Positions 13,399 to 24,400 of a stretch of 64,000 nt of DNA are shown here, piece by piece. Positions within the stretch are counted from its first letter, which is position 1; every line of letters starts with the position of its first letter. This DNA comes from Vermamoeba vermiformis (Eukaryota): contig JBEWZL010000123.1 in the NCBI GenBank assembly GCA_045837725.1, positions 1 through 64,000 on the forward strand, given 5' to 3'. A model generated the notes under the pieces. It saw nothing but the letters and a program-made list of their open reading frames with translations. It had not been told where the DNA came from and made no database searches. The position numbers and the translations under genes were made by a program.

Positions 13399-13999
13399 CT
13401 TTTACAGGCCAGTACAGTACTCAACGGTAATGAGCGTTCAATTAATGATCAATATAAATAGAAATATATACAAATAAATAAGGCGTCGTGGTCGTGGTCT
13501 CGCGCTTTGGGAAATTAAAAAAATATGTCAACGGAACGTCAAAAAAAAAGTCTACTCGATTTTGTTTCGATAACATTAATTTACTGTTAGATTAAGCACC
13601 ATTCCCTATCTTATTTTCGATTAATTGTATGTCAAAATTGCATCGCGATATGGCATCTTTGCCTACGAAAAGAATCCAAATCCGGATTCAACGCTACGGA
13701 TGCGTGGTCCTTGTTTGCCCTTACTATTGCACAATACACTACTTGACAAAGGTAAAAGTGTGGTATTGACGCTATCGGCCTCGGTCAATTGATTTTATTA
13801 AATTTATTTTTTGTCCATTTTGTGCGCCGTTGTTCCTTTTTCTTTCTTCGCAGTTTCTCGTTCATTAGAGATCGAACAAAGAGGAAAGTTAGGTCCGGTT
13901 AGACGCAGCTTAGACTGACTTCTCTTTGTATTACCTATTCACCTTGACTATTTATTTGTATTTTTAAATACCGTTACGTGCAACAAAAGAAGCGGGAAG

Positions 14000-16900
14000 A
14001 TGGCCTCTAAGCTACCCTCACTCGAGCAAGTTCAAGAGTTATTGCGTCAATTGCAAAACCCAGCTACAGTCAAGGCTGCCTCGGACTATTTACGAAAATA
14101 TTTTAAGCACCCTGCATCCATGCCGGTGCTCTTTCAGCTGATGCGCGTGTCACCACACCCAACTGTAAGTGCTCAATATAACGTTTTACTGATTTATAGG
14201 AATATTTGGGACATTTTCTCGTATTATTTGGACTGTTTCTAGCGAATACTGTAATTCCAGATCTGATTTACTTCCTGATCAGGTTCGTCAAATGGCTGGT
14301 GTCTATTTGCGCAAAAAGCTCTTATCACACTGGAAGAAGTTAGACGCTGAAGCTAGACACGCTATTAAGATTGGTGCTCTTGAAACACTTGTCCAAGAAC
14401 AAGAGTAAGTTTTGGCAGCAAATCCAACCCTAAATATTGATTATTGTGGCCTATTTGATGCACATTTAGTGCACTAATATTATTGGAATATTTATGGCAA
14501 ATAATCAATTTAAAATATTTAACTGCATAACGCGGGTCTGAATCCTTGCGCCTCTCTAAATCAATTAATAGCGTTTTGATTACCGCTTGAAACAGTACAT
14601 ACGCATGCAGTCATTTTATACAATTATACTTCGATAGATAATTTGTTCAATTTATTCGCGATCTTGAATCCCTTAATCCAGATTTTGATCTAACCATTTA
14701 ATTTTCACTTGTGCAGCCGTGGCGTCCGAAATTCAGTCGCTCAATTAATCAGCTTGGTTGCTCGTATCACCCTCCCAACCAACGAATGGAACGATTGCTT
14801 GCCTTCTCTCTACCAGATCGTAGGCAGCCCAAATCCCGATCACAGAGAGGTAAAAATTCAATAATATGCAGTTTTATATTATCTCAATTGCGGCTATTGG
14901 ACTATGTTATTAACAAGAATATTATGGCTAGTCTGCTTTGATGATTATTGAAGAGATCGTCGAACACTGCGGAGATGCAGCAAATGTCAAACAACAATTC
15001 CCTGGTGTCATCGAATATTTGCGCAAATGCCTTGCTCTTAATGAACACCCTAAAGTCCGCGTTGCTGCTTTGAAGTAAGTCAATCAATTACGTGCAGCAC
15101 ATCCGACAAATCGGAAAATCTTTTTATATCAAGTTTAATTAATTGATCACAGAATTTTATTGACGCTGGCGTAAAATTTATGCAATATTAATCATAAAAA
15201 TAATGCAGAGTCGTTGGTGCTATGACCAACTGGTACACGGAGCAGGATGACCCCAACGCTATCGCCAAGTTCAGAGAATTCGTTCCTATTATGTTGGAGA
15301 ACATCAAGAACTTTATTGAAACTAAGAGCAATGAAGAAGCTGTTACTTCTCTCGGTGTATTCGACGATATTGTTGAGTCGGTAAGTCATCTAGATCCCAC
15401 CATTACTCTCACACGTCCAAAAAAATTCATAATAATTTTCTAATTATTTAAAAATTAATAAGAACTTGCCCGCCTTCACCGACACTTTGCCGTTGATTAT
15501 GAACTTTGTCCTCGAAGTCGGCAAACGACCCGAAATTGATCTGAACGTCCGTATCGAAGCCTTGACTTTTATCCAATGGGTTGCTCAATTGTAAGTATTT
15601 ACGGTCTATATTAGACGTATACACGAAATATATGAGTTCGGATGATGAATTTTGTGTCGCCCCAGACTTAATTGGTGCTAATACCACCGCGTTGAAGACG
15701 TGACCATTTAATACTGAAAAATACTCAAATGTTATTTTAAAGAACCATTTTTACGTTAAATATTTATTAACGTTGTTCCATATTAAAGCAAGCCTAAAAC
15801 TATCACTCAAAACAACTTGGTCGAGCCTATTTTGGCCGTTATTTTCCCTATGGGCGCTGAACCTGAAAGCCAAGAAGAAGAAAGCAGCGACAGCGAGTAT
15901 GACATCTCTGCTCACAAGGTACGAGTAGCAATATTACTAGACATTTGAATAAGGCTAAATATGTCTTTGTAGTACTCTGCTCAAGTCATCGACTCGATGT
16001 GCAAATACTTGAAATCAAGCAAGGTCGTTGAGCCCGTCATGAAATACGTGCACGAATACGTTCAATCGCCCAACCCTCACGCACGCAAGGCCTCCATCTC
16101 CGCCTTGACTGTGCTCGTCAGAAACTGCGCTGATGCTTTGCAAGAGAAATTGGGTGCTTTGTTGCCTTACGTAAGACAGCTGCCGATACCTTTCCTACGC
16201 GTACAATTCTCACCGTTTATTTCTAGTTGTACAAGGGTTTCGCTGACGACGACGTTCGTGTCCGCAAGGTGGCTTGCTTGTGCTTGAGCCAGTTCTCTGA
16301 GAACTTCTCTGACATCACTGAATACCACGAGCAAGTTATTCCTCTCTTGCTCCGCGCTATGAACGAGAACGACGCTGAAGTCCAAGAGCGCGCCTGCTAC
16401 TCCTTGGTGGCTTACTTGGAGAACCTCGACGAGCGTGTCTTGAAGTACAGTGACATGTTGATGACTCGTTTGATCGATTTGTTGCGCAAGGGCAACAAGG
16501 ACATTCAAGAGATGGCTATCTCCGGCATTAGCGCTGTCGCTTCTTGCGCCAAACAAAGCTTCATGACTTACTACACACCTGTCATGGAGATGATGAAACA
16601 GTTGATGACCATCGCGCACCACGACCAACTGTTGCTCCGATCACGTGCTACTGAATGCGCTGGTATCGTCGCCCTCGCCGTCGGCAAGGAGAACTTCAGA
16701 GTAAGCTATTGCAAATTATTATTAACTCGGCACGGATATTAATATTTTTAATAGCCTTTGTTGCCTTTCTTCATGGATCTTGCCGTCCGCGGTCTTGCTT
16801 TGCCCAACGGAGAAGAAATGCGCGAATATACTTACAGTTTCTTTGCCAACGTTGCCGAGGCATACAAGGTAAGGACAAACTTTGTCCTAATGCTATTGAG

Positions 16901-19151
16901 TTCAAGTTCCTAAACACATCCGCTTTGCAGGAGGAGTTCAAAGACTTCTTGCCCGTTGTCGTGCCATTGTTGCTCGCTGGCATTGAATCCACTGACGGTA
17001 TTGAAGAGGCTCCTGCTGAGGCCCAAGAAGACGATGGTCTTGACTTTGAGGGCGAAGAAGAGGAAGACGATGAATTGGATCCTCTCAACTACCAAGCCCC
17101 GACCTCTTTCATCGACGAAAAGAACCAAGCTTTGTCAGCCTTGGCTGTTATCTCCGTAGCCACCAAGGGCTTCTTCTTGCCATTCTTGGAACGGTGTCTC
17201 GCCACTTTGAAGGTCACTGCTACTCACGTGCACCCTGATCTGCGACGAAACTGCATTAACCCTCTTGAAAGTAAGTTCTTTTGATTTTTGAGCGTAGTCT
17301 AGTTAGTATAATTTTTGAGATTTGATGACAACCTTTATCCAGAATTTAAACCCTGTTGATAAATTTTACCATAACTACCAGATGGTCTGATCTCAAAACA
17401 AAAAATTATCCTAATTCTTTTAGCATAGCCTCTTTTTAAATATGGCTATTGTCGAGCTTATGTATTTCATTTTGCTAACCATTACCTTGCTTTCAGACTT
17501 TATTTCAGTCGTTCACACAACACATCCTCCTGCCAGACCAGCTATGCCTGGCTTGCCTCCTAATGAACAGCCTCTCCCTGACGTCACTCGTCAATTCATT
17601 GACGCTTGCTTCCAAATCATTTTGCCCATGTTTGAAGACGACGACAAGAACAACGTCGCTCGTGTCTGCGAATCTATCTCACACGTCGTTGCTACCTGCG
17701 GATCACCGGGTGTGGACGCTTATATGACTAAGATCGCCCCCGCTTTGATGAACATTCTTAGCGGCACTGCTTCCTGTCAGAATATTGACGACGAAGATTA
17801 CGACGACGTTGAATCCGTCAAGGCTGAAGATCTGTTGCTCTTCGAAGCCTGCTGCGATTGCGTAGTTAACTTGGCTAAAGGTTATGGTCCTCTCTTTGTA
17901 AATTTCTTCCCCTTGCTCCAAAACATCTCAACCTACTTGGTACGTAACAACCAAAATTTTAGATTCGGATTTCAAACCTGAGAACGAGTCATTTTTTTCC
18001 TGATTAGACTAATGGTCTTTACTATATACAGAAGGACGAGATCGAGGCCACTTACCGCCAAGAAGCCATGGGCTCATTGGCCGACATTGCCAACAGCATT
18101 GCCATGGGCCTCATGACTAAGCTCGATGAGTTCGCTCAATGGTCTTTGGCTGGTCTCAAGGACAAGCACGGTCCTACGCGCTCCAACTCTGCATTCTTGT
18201 TCGGCATTCTCTGCCACTACTGCGGCGAAGCTACCGTCAAGTTCTTCCCCGTGGCTTTGGAGGGCTTGACTGCCATGTTCAACGAGACTGACAACGTTGT
18301 TCGCGATAACGCCTGCGGTGCTATTGGTCGCATGATCATCAGCGCACCCGCCGCCGTTCCTTTGGCTCAAGTAAGTTGTCGGTTCGAATCCGTTTCTGGA
18401 TCGATCGCATCTGTTTTTAGCTGCAAATTTGAGCGAGGGATTACTGACGTGATTTATCGCTCTTTACGATGATTTTGGACACATTTTTGCAAATTTCGTT
18501 TGGGGTCCCACTCCCATAATATTTTGGTTCAAAATTGCGGGATCGTCTTTTGTGTTCAATTCACGTATACTTTTGTTTTGTATTGGATCTGCTCAATAGA
18601 GAAAGATACAATGGAGAAAGTGCGTAGATGATGAATTTTGTGTCGCCCCAGACTTAATTGGTGCTAATACCACCGCGTTGAAGACGTGACCATTTAATAC
18701 TGAAACCACTTTCAAATCCATTTGTTTTCTTTTTTGTTCGTGAGCAGATCTCATTCTTTTCGCTCATACTGATATTAATCTCTTATATTAACTAGTTGTT
18801 GCCTGTTTACTTCGCTGCTTTGCCCATCCGCGAAGACTTTGAAGAAGCCAAGCCCGCTTACGGCGCTATTATCAAGTTGGTGCAACTTTCTAACGAAGCA
18901 GTACGTCCTTATATGATTTAAATATGGTCTAGGTCCTAATTACATTCATTACGTAGATTACACCGTTCATTCCTCAGATCGTCAACATTTTCAGCTTAAG
19001 TGTTAATAACGAGAGCATTACGCAAGAGCTGCGAGTACAAATGGTGGAGTTGTTGAAGAGTTTGTTTAGAAACTTTGGTCCTCAATTGCAAGAAGTTGTT
19101 AAGGCCTTGTCCCCGACACAACAAGAAGTTCTCAGCAAGATCTTGGCTTAA
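14000..19151 (+). CDS. IPO4: Importin-4 / Kap123-like importin-beta family protein (multi-exon)
   Basis: IBN_N start (VRQMAGVYLRKKL..HW); HEAT repeats (VQERACYSLVAYLENL, IQEMAISGISAVA, LRSRATECAGIVALAVG, VRDNACGAIGRMI, LPIREDFEE); acidic loop. Confidence 0.9.
15641..15719 (+). ncRNA. Intronic box C/D snoRNA, copy 1 (SNORD31/snR67-like, LSU rRNA P-loop guide)
   Basis: Box C ATGATGA 15642-15648; guide TGTCGCCCCAGA antisense to conserved LSU CUGGGGCGGCA; D'-like CTTA; C'-like TTGAAGA; box D CTGA 15714-15717; flanking TGAGT/ACTCA stem. Confidence 0.85.
17313..17398 (+). ncRNA. Intronic box C/D snoRNA targeting LSU rRNA
   Basis: Terminal stem TTTTGAGA/TCTCAAAA; TGATGA 17323-17328; CTGA 17387-17390; D guide ACTACCAGATGGT nearly antisense to conserved LSU ACCAUCUAGUAG; possible D' CAGA preceded by CAACCTTTATC. 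Confidence 0.8.
18627..18705 (+). ncRNA. Intronic box C/D snoRNA, copy 2 (identical to 15641-15719)
   Basis: 79/79 nt identical to copy 1; own terminal stem GAAAGTG/CACTTTC. Confidence 0.85.
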
Positions 19152-19366
19152 AAGAGCAAGATGAAAACGGATCTGCGTTTTTTCTTTGCAAATTTTTGTT
19201 TCCCTCTGCGATGTGTTAATAATAATAACTATTTAATGGTAATATCAATAAAATGATTTCAAATAACGGATCTGCTAGACATTTCGAAAAGCGCGCGTAA
19301 TTGATAGCCACAACTGGCGGTGCTGTTTACGATAAAAAATGGTTAAAACGCTTTAGTTAAATCAAA

Positions 19367-21063
19367 ATGGAAGAAATAGACGATGATATCGCTGAGCACG
19401 GTAAGATCCGTTAACGATCCGATCAGATCGTCTGTCAAAAAAATTCCTTTTAATTCTGCAATATTTATTTTGGCTCGCATAATACTACCCAAACTCTATA
19501 GCTTTATTTTACGACAAGCAAATAATTCTAGCGTTTATTCTAATAAATTTATAATTTTCGAAAAAGCTTTGACCATTCTGCAGCCCTTTATTTATACTTA
19601 TATAGCGTATATATAAATAGCAAGTTTTATTTATTGGTTTTAGATCGCTCGCTGAACATAGACAGCAGTGACGACTCGGATCTAGAGGATCTACTCTTTA
19701 GAGACGTTGAAGAACCATTCAGCGATGAGAATTACTCCAGATATATAGAAGATGATATAGACGGGTTCATGATGGCTTCGGATCGCGACGAAGAATCGGA
19801 TTCAGAACTTTTGATGCCATTAACTCAACGTCCCTCAGCATTGAATAGCAGTTGGATGAGCGAAAAAGAAAAGCCTATTCCTAAGCATTTAATAATGCAT
19901 ATCGATGAAGAGGATGAGTTCTACAGCAAGCAAGACAGCGACATCTACTTCAACTTCAAAACCGAGGAGGAAGACAAAGAGGTCAAAAAGGTACTACAAT
20001 GCTAAAATATGCTTCCTACATAATATTTCCGATGATATCAAGGCATTTACTTATTATTCTTACTTCGTGTACTGGCTAACTTTGGATGTGTTTAGAACGA
20101 ATTACTGGAAGCGCTTGAAATAGAGCTAGTATCGACGTTGCCGAGCTGGTCTAAGAAAGAGTTATCAAGGTTTTACAAAGCACTGGGGCGTTATGGCAAA
20201 AACGCACTGCATCCGATCGCTGCTCGCGTCCAAACTAAAAACGTGTTACAAGTCCGTCGTTTGATCTATTTATTAGACTCAATGAAGAAAAGTACGTAGT
20301 ATAGTATACTATTATATTTCTTAATATTCTAATTGAGATTACAGTGATCAGATTGCGAATGAAAACCGATTTCCCTGAGGCGTGGGAAGTGTCGGATCAT
20401 TGGCTGAAATTAGAGGAAAAACGTGCAGCAAAAGAAATGAGGAAATACAATCAAGAAATGAAAGCCGAAAATGAACTGTACGAATCTAAAGAACGCTTCA
20501 TGTTTGATACGAAAACCGTGATGAAGCTGTAAGTCGCTCAAGATGATCATTACTATAAAAGGCAATTATCTGATGTTCGTTTTGATAGATCGGAGAACAA
20601 GCCCGTGCACTCAGAGGCCTATCAAGAGTTCGTTCAGTCGCTAAAAGAGTGGATGACACCTGTCATATTACGAGCAGGCGAGTTTGCAATTGAACGACAG
20701 AAAAACACACGAGACACAATCTCACGTACAGCTAATGTCATGAGAGAAGATATTTTACAAGCGCTTTATCAAACTGGATCGGTCTATGATGACGGCGATG
20801 ATTCGGATCTGCTTGAGATCGAAGAACAAATGCAATTGGACGAAGATAGTAACAGTAACAGCAATCACAGCGACAATAGTGCTCAAAGTGACGAGAAGAA
20901 CAATGGTAGTGCGAAGGAGACTGCAAATCAAGGTGACATGTTGAGCATTGACGGCGAGAAAAGTGACGCTGAGAGCAAAGATTCACGCGTGCACAGCGAG
21001 GACTTGCTGGCCTCAGACGACGACGATGATGAATACGAACAATTTGCTCAACGAGGAGACTAG
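19367..21063 (+). CDS. Rrn5-like SANT/Myb plus histone-fold protein (putative Pol I upstream activation factor subunit)
   Basis: Exon about 20097-20291 encodes WSKKELSRFYKALGRYGKNALHPIAARVQTKNVLQV; then FPEAWEVSDHWLKLEEKRA; then a histone-fold-like long helix and VMREDILQAL. Confidence 0.6.
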
Positions 21064-21088
21064 ACAAGAGAGGAAATTTATTGCACAA

Positions 21089-21307
21089 TTAAGGGTTGTA
21101 TTCGAATCTGAACGAGTAGTTTTTCTCATCGTTGTAACGATGCAGATTAATGCTCATTTGGAGCTGCATGTTGTAGTCACTGATGTACGGTGGCGCGATG
21201 GGCACTTGATACGGCAGTGCTTGCAACACAACGAGCTCGCGAGGATTGCCAGTCATGTTGTTGTCGATGACCATGAACTCAATGTCTAGCGCTACAGTGT
21301 CGTCCAT
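21089..21307 (-). CDS. Small hypothetical ORF (72 aa) or gene fragment
   Basis: ATG-initiated ORF with coding-like codon usage between two convergent genes. Confidence 0.3.
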   Translation of the reverse strand: MDDTVALDIEFMVIDNNMTGNPRELVVLQALPYQVPIAPPYISDYNMQLQMSINLHRYNDEKNYSFRFEYNP

Positions 21308-21433
21308 CTTGAGGGGCTTGCCGAGAGTGCCGTGTGCAGATTAACCAATATTGGCTCGGCAAATTTTGGAGCTCAGCAAAAAAGTTGAAGTATTGTAATA
21401 AAAAATGCTAAATTGAGTGATTTAATGATGAAT

Positions 21434-24400
21434 TTATTTGGTACGACGAGTTTTGTCTTGATTGAACTTCATCAACGAGGCCAAGAAAGTTAAAATCATA
21501 TTCGCCTTGACTTCAACAATGTCTTCCCAAACTAAGAAAATAAAGCAACCAATCTTACGCGCAATGCTAATAATGTACTTAGCATTGAGAGCTTTCTCCT
21601 CGGCATTAGATCCAGGCGTAACTAACTCGTAGTTGACTACACCAGGCTCGCAAGAGTCCAATAAATCAATTAAGAACTCTCCGGTGCTAATAGTCTCATC
21701 TTTAAAGTTGTCGATCTCTTTGGCCTTCTTGTTAGCGGCGCGGATCTGCCAGAAAATAAAATAAATAAAAGTTCAGATCCGGATTTGAAGATCCACATAC
21801 CGTTTGATTAGCCCAATTCTTAATCGTAGTTTCATCAACGTAATTGGTGTTGCCAATAGTCTTCAAAATATGCAGTAAATGATATTTGCAAGCTTGCCAC
21901 ACGAGCGCCAAGATCAGCTTGCGGTTCTTGTCGACAAAGTCTTTGCCTTCAATGCCCACGAGCACAAAGCCCAATTTCTTGCCTAGTGTCACGCACATAT
22001 TGCAGTTCTCGTTTTTCATGAACCGATTGGTTGGTCGTTGATTGACACGTGACCAATCCACAACACCCGGCGAGATCTTGTCGAACATCTGTGTTGTGAC
22101 AAAAATTAGCGCAATGATTTCGATATGACACGTGTCAAACACAAACCTGTAACAAGACGAGACCATCACTGACGTCTTCGTGCAAATTGTTGACGAATCT
22201 GTCGATGCCCAGCGAGTTGATCCACGTGCAAAAAGCTCGCTCTTCACGACTGCCTTCAACGTCTTTGATCTCAAGCGCTGCTTTGACGACTGAAGCCTCG
22301 GCCTCTTTGATCGGTTCGAGACCTGTCACCACGTCAAAGATCGTGGCCATCATCGCCAAGTTGAGACGTTCATTGCCCGCGTTGATGTCTTTGGGCGTGA
22401 CCCAAGGTCTGAACTGCGTCTTCAACAAGTTGACGAGCTGTTCTGCTCGCTTGTGCGCGTCAGCTTCGGTGAGCAGCGACAAGGAGTACTTCTCAGGCTC
22501 TAGTTTGGACATCAAACCGACGTAGGCTTCCACATTCTGGACCGAAGTTTAGGACTTGCAAACTTGACAAAAGAAGCTAAAAGAATTACGTACGGCAAGA
22601 TCACGGCCAAAGTTCTTGACACCGCGTTCGGAGCCTCTAGGTGTGATAGGCTCAGCAGAGACTTTACCGCCAGACAAGTGGTAGTTGATCCAGCGCAACA
22701 AGATCTGTTCGCCAGGTACTGTTTGAAGCTCTTCGAGTTGAGAGTTGTCGAACAGACGAATGATTTCTGGGTGCTTTTGAATGGACACCTTGGACAGCAG
22801 GGCAACTTTGATGACTTCCCACGTCAGATCCAAGAATGCCGAGGGTTTATCTTCGAGCAAATCTTCGATCTGAATGTGGAACACTTTGCAGCCAATAGCA
22901 GGTGCCGAGTTGAGACACAAATTGTAGTTCTGAACAATCTCAGCCTCTGAGAGGTCTGGCTTCGTATTCAACACTCGGTCATCGATCGTGCCTGGTTTGG
23001 CCAAGTTGATCAGCTTGCTAAAGAGAGTACGGTTAGACCAGGCCTATTAACGCGAACAACTATGCATACCATATCAACAAGCCGCTCTTTAATGCTGCGA
23101 GCATGTTCGGTGTCGCTTTGTAGATCGGCAACAAGTGCTGCAAATCTTTGTCGTCCTTCAACATGTCGTTGATGTACAAGGCCATGGCTTTCTCTTCGGC
23201 ACTGTGGAAGGTTGTAGGCATCACAATCTCTTCCTCCTCGCGAATTTTCTTCAGTTCTAATTGTTGCTGCGTTTGTGCGAGTCGCGAGGCAAGATCCGAG
23301 ATCTGACAATACTAGCTGATCAGTAATGTTTCGGCGAGATTTTATGCTGTGCTAGATATTGCAGTTAATAATATTGTTCGTATTGAATAGTATTAAGAGG
23401 TTATTTACCTATAGATTTATAATGATTCTTATACTAGTATCCAAAATCAAAAAATCTAACCTGAGTATCGAATTTCTTAGTCTTATCGTCCATTTTGCCT
23501 TTCAATTTGTCTAATTCTGCTCTCAAACTAGCATTTTCTTTCTCTAATTCTGCTATTCTAATTTGTTGCTGCTGAATGATTTTATCTTTTTCTTGCAGAT
23601 CCGCAAGTAGCTTTGTATTGGTCTTTGTTAAATCATTCATATTGGTCTGCAATAACGTGTTCGACTCGACTAATTTAGCTTTGTCTGCTTCAAATTGTTT
23701 CAATTGCTCCGTTAATTTCTGCTTGGCTTCAAGTTCCTTTTCGAGCTCGGTCATTCTGGTCTTGACCTCGCTCTCGTACAACTTCTGTTTCTCGAGCAAA
23801 TCTTGTTTTTCTTTCAATTCGCTCTCGAGTTGTGAGATCTTGCTGGCGTGTTGGGACTCTTGATCGCCCTTCGCTTGGAGACTTCGTTTGGCTTCGTCCA
23901 ACTGGCCTTCCAGCAACGTGACTCGTTCATTCGCGGAATTCTTTTCAGACTCCAGCTCTTTGCGCAACTTTTCCAAACGATCCAATTCTTCGTTCTTGTT
24001 CGCCAACTGACCTTTGAGCTCATCAGCACTGCTGTCACGTGACAAGACTTCTTTCTTAAGTGACTCAAGTTCATCGCGCAACTGCTGTTCTAATTCGGTC
24101 TTCTGGGTCAAATTCTTCTTTACGCCTTCAAGCTCTTCGTCTTTAGCAGCAAGAGTGGCCCGATAGGTCTTCTCATTCTCGTTGATCAAGTGTTCTTTAG
24201 CCTCCAACATCTCTTTGTACTGCTTCTCCAATTTTTGCTTCTCTTCTTCAGAAGACAACCGCAAAGCTTCGAGCTCGCCAGTCAGCTTTGTGTTCAAGCT
24301 AGATTGCTCTTCAATCTTGGCTTGGGCAGTAGTCAACTGATTGCTCAATTCGGCCTCACGAGCCTTCAATTGGTTCAACTCTTCTTGCAGCTGTGACATG

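Noticed and set aside
15641-18705. 79-bp repeat as CRISPR array or MITE
   Set aside because: Only two copies, no spacers, no terminal inverted repeats or target-site duplication; C/D boxes and an rRNA guide explain it.
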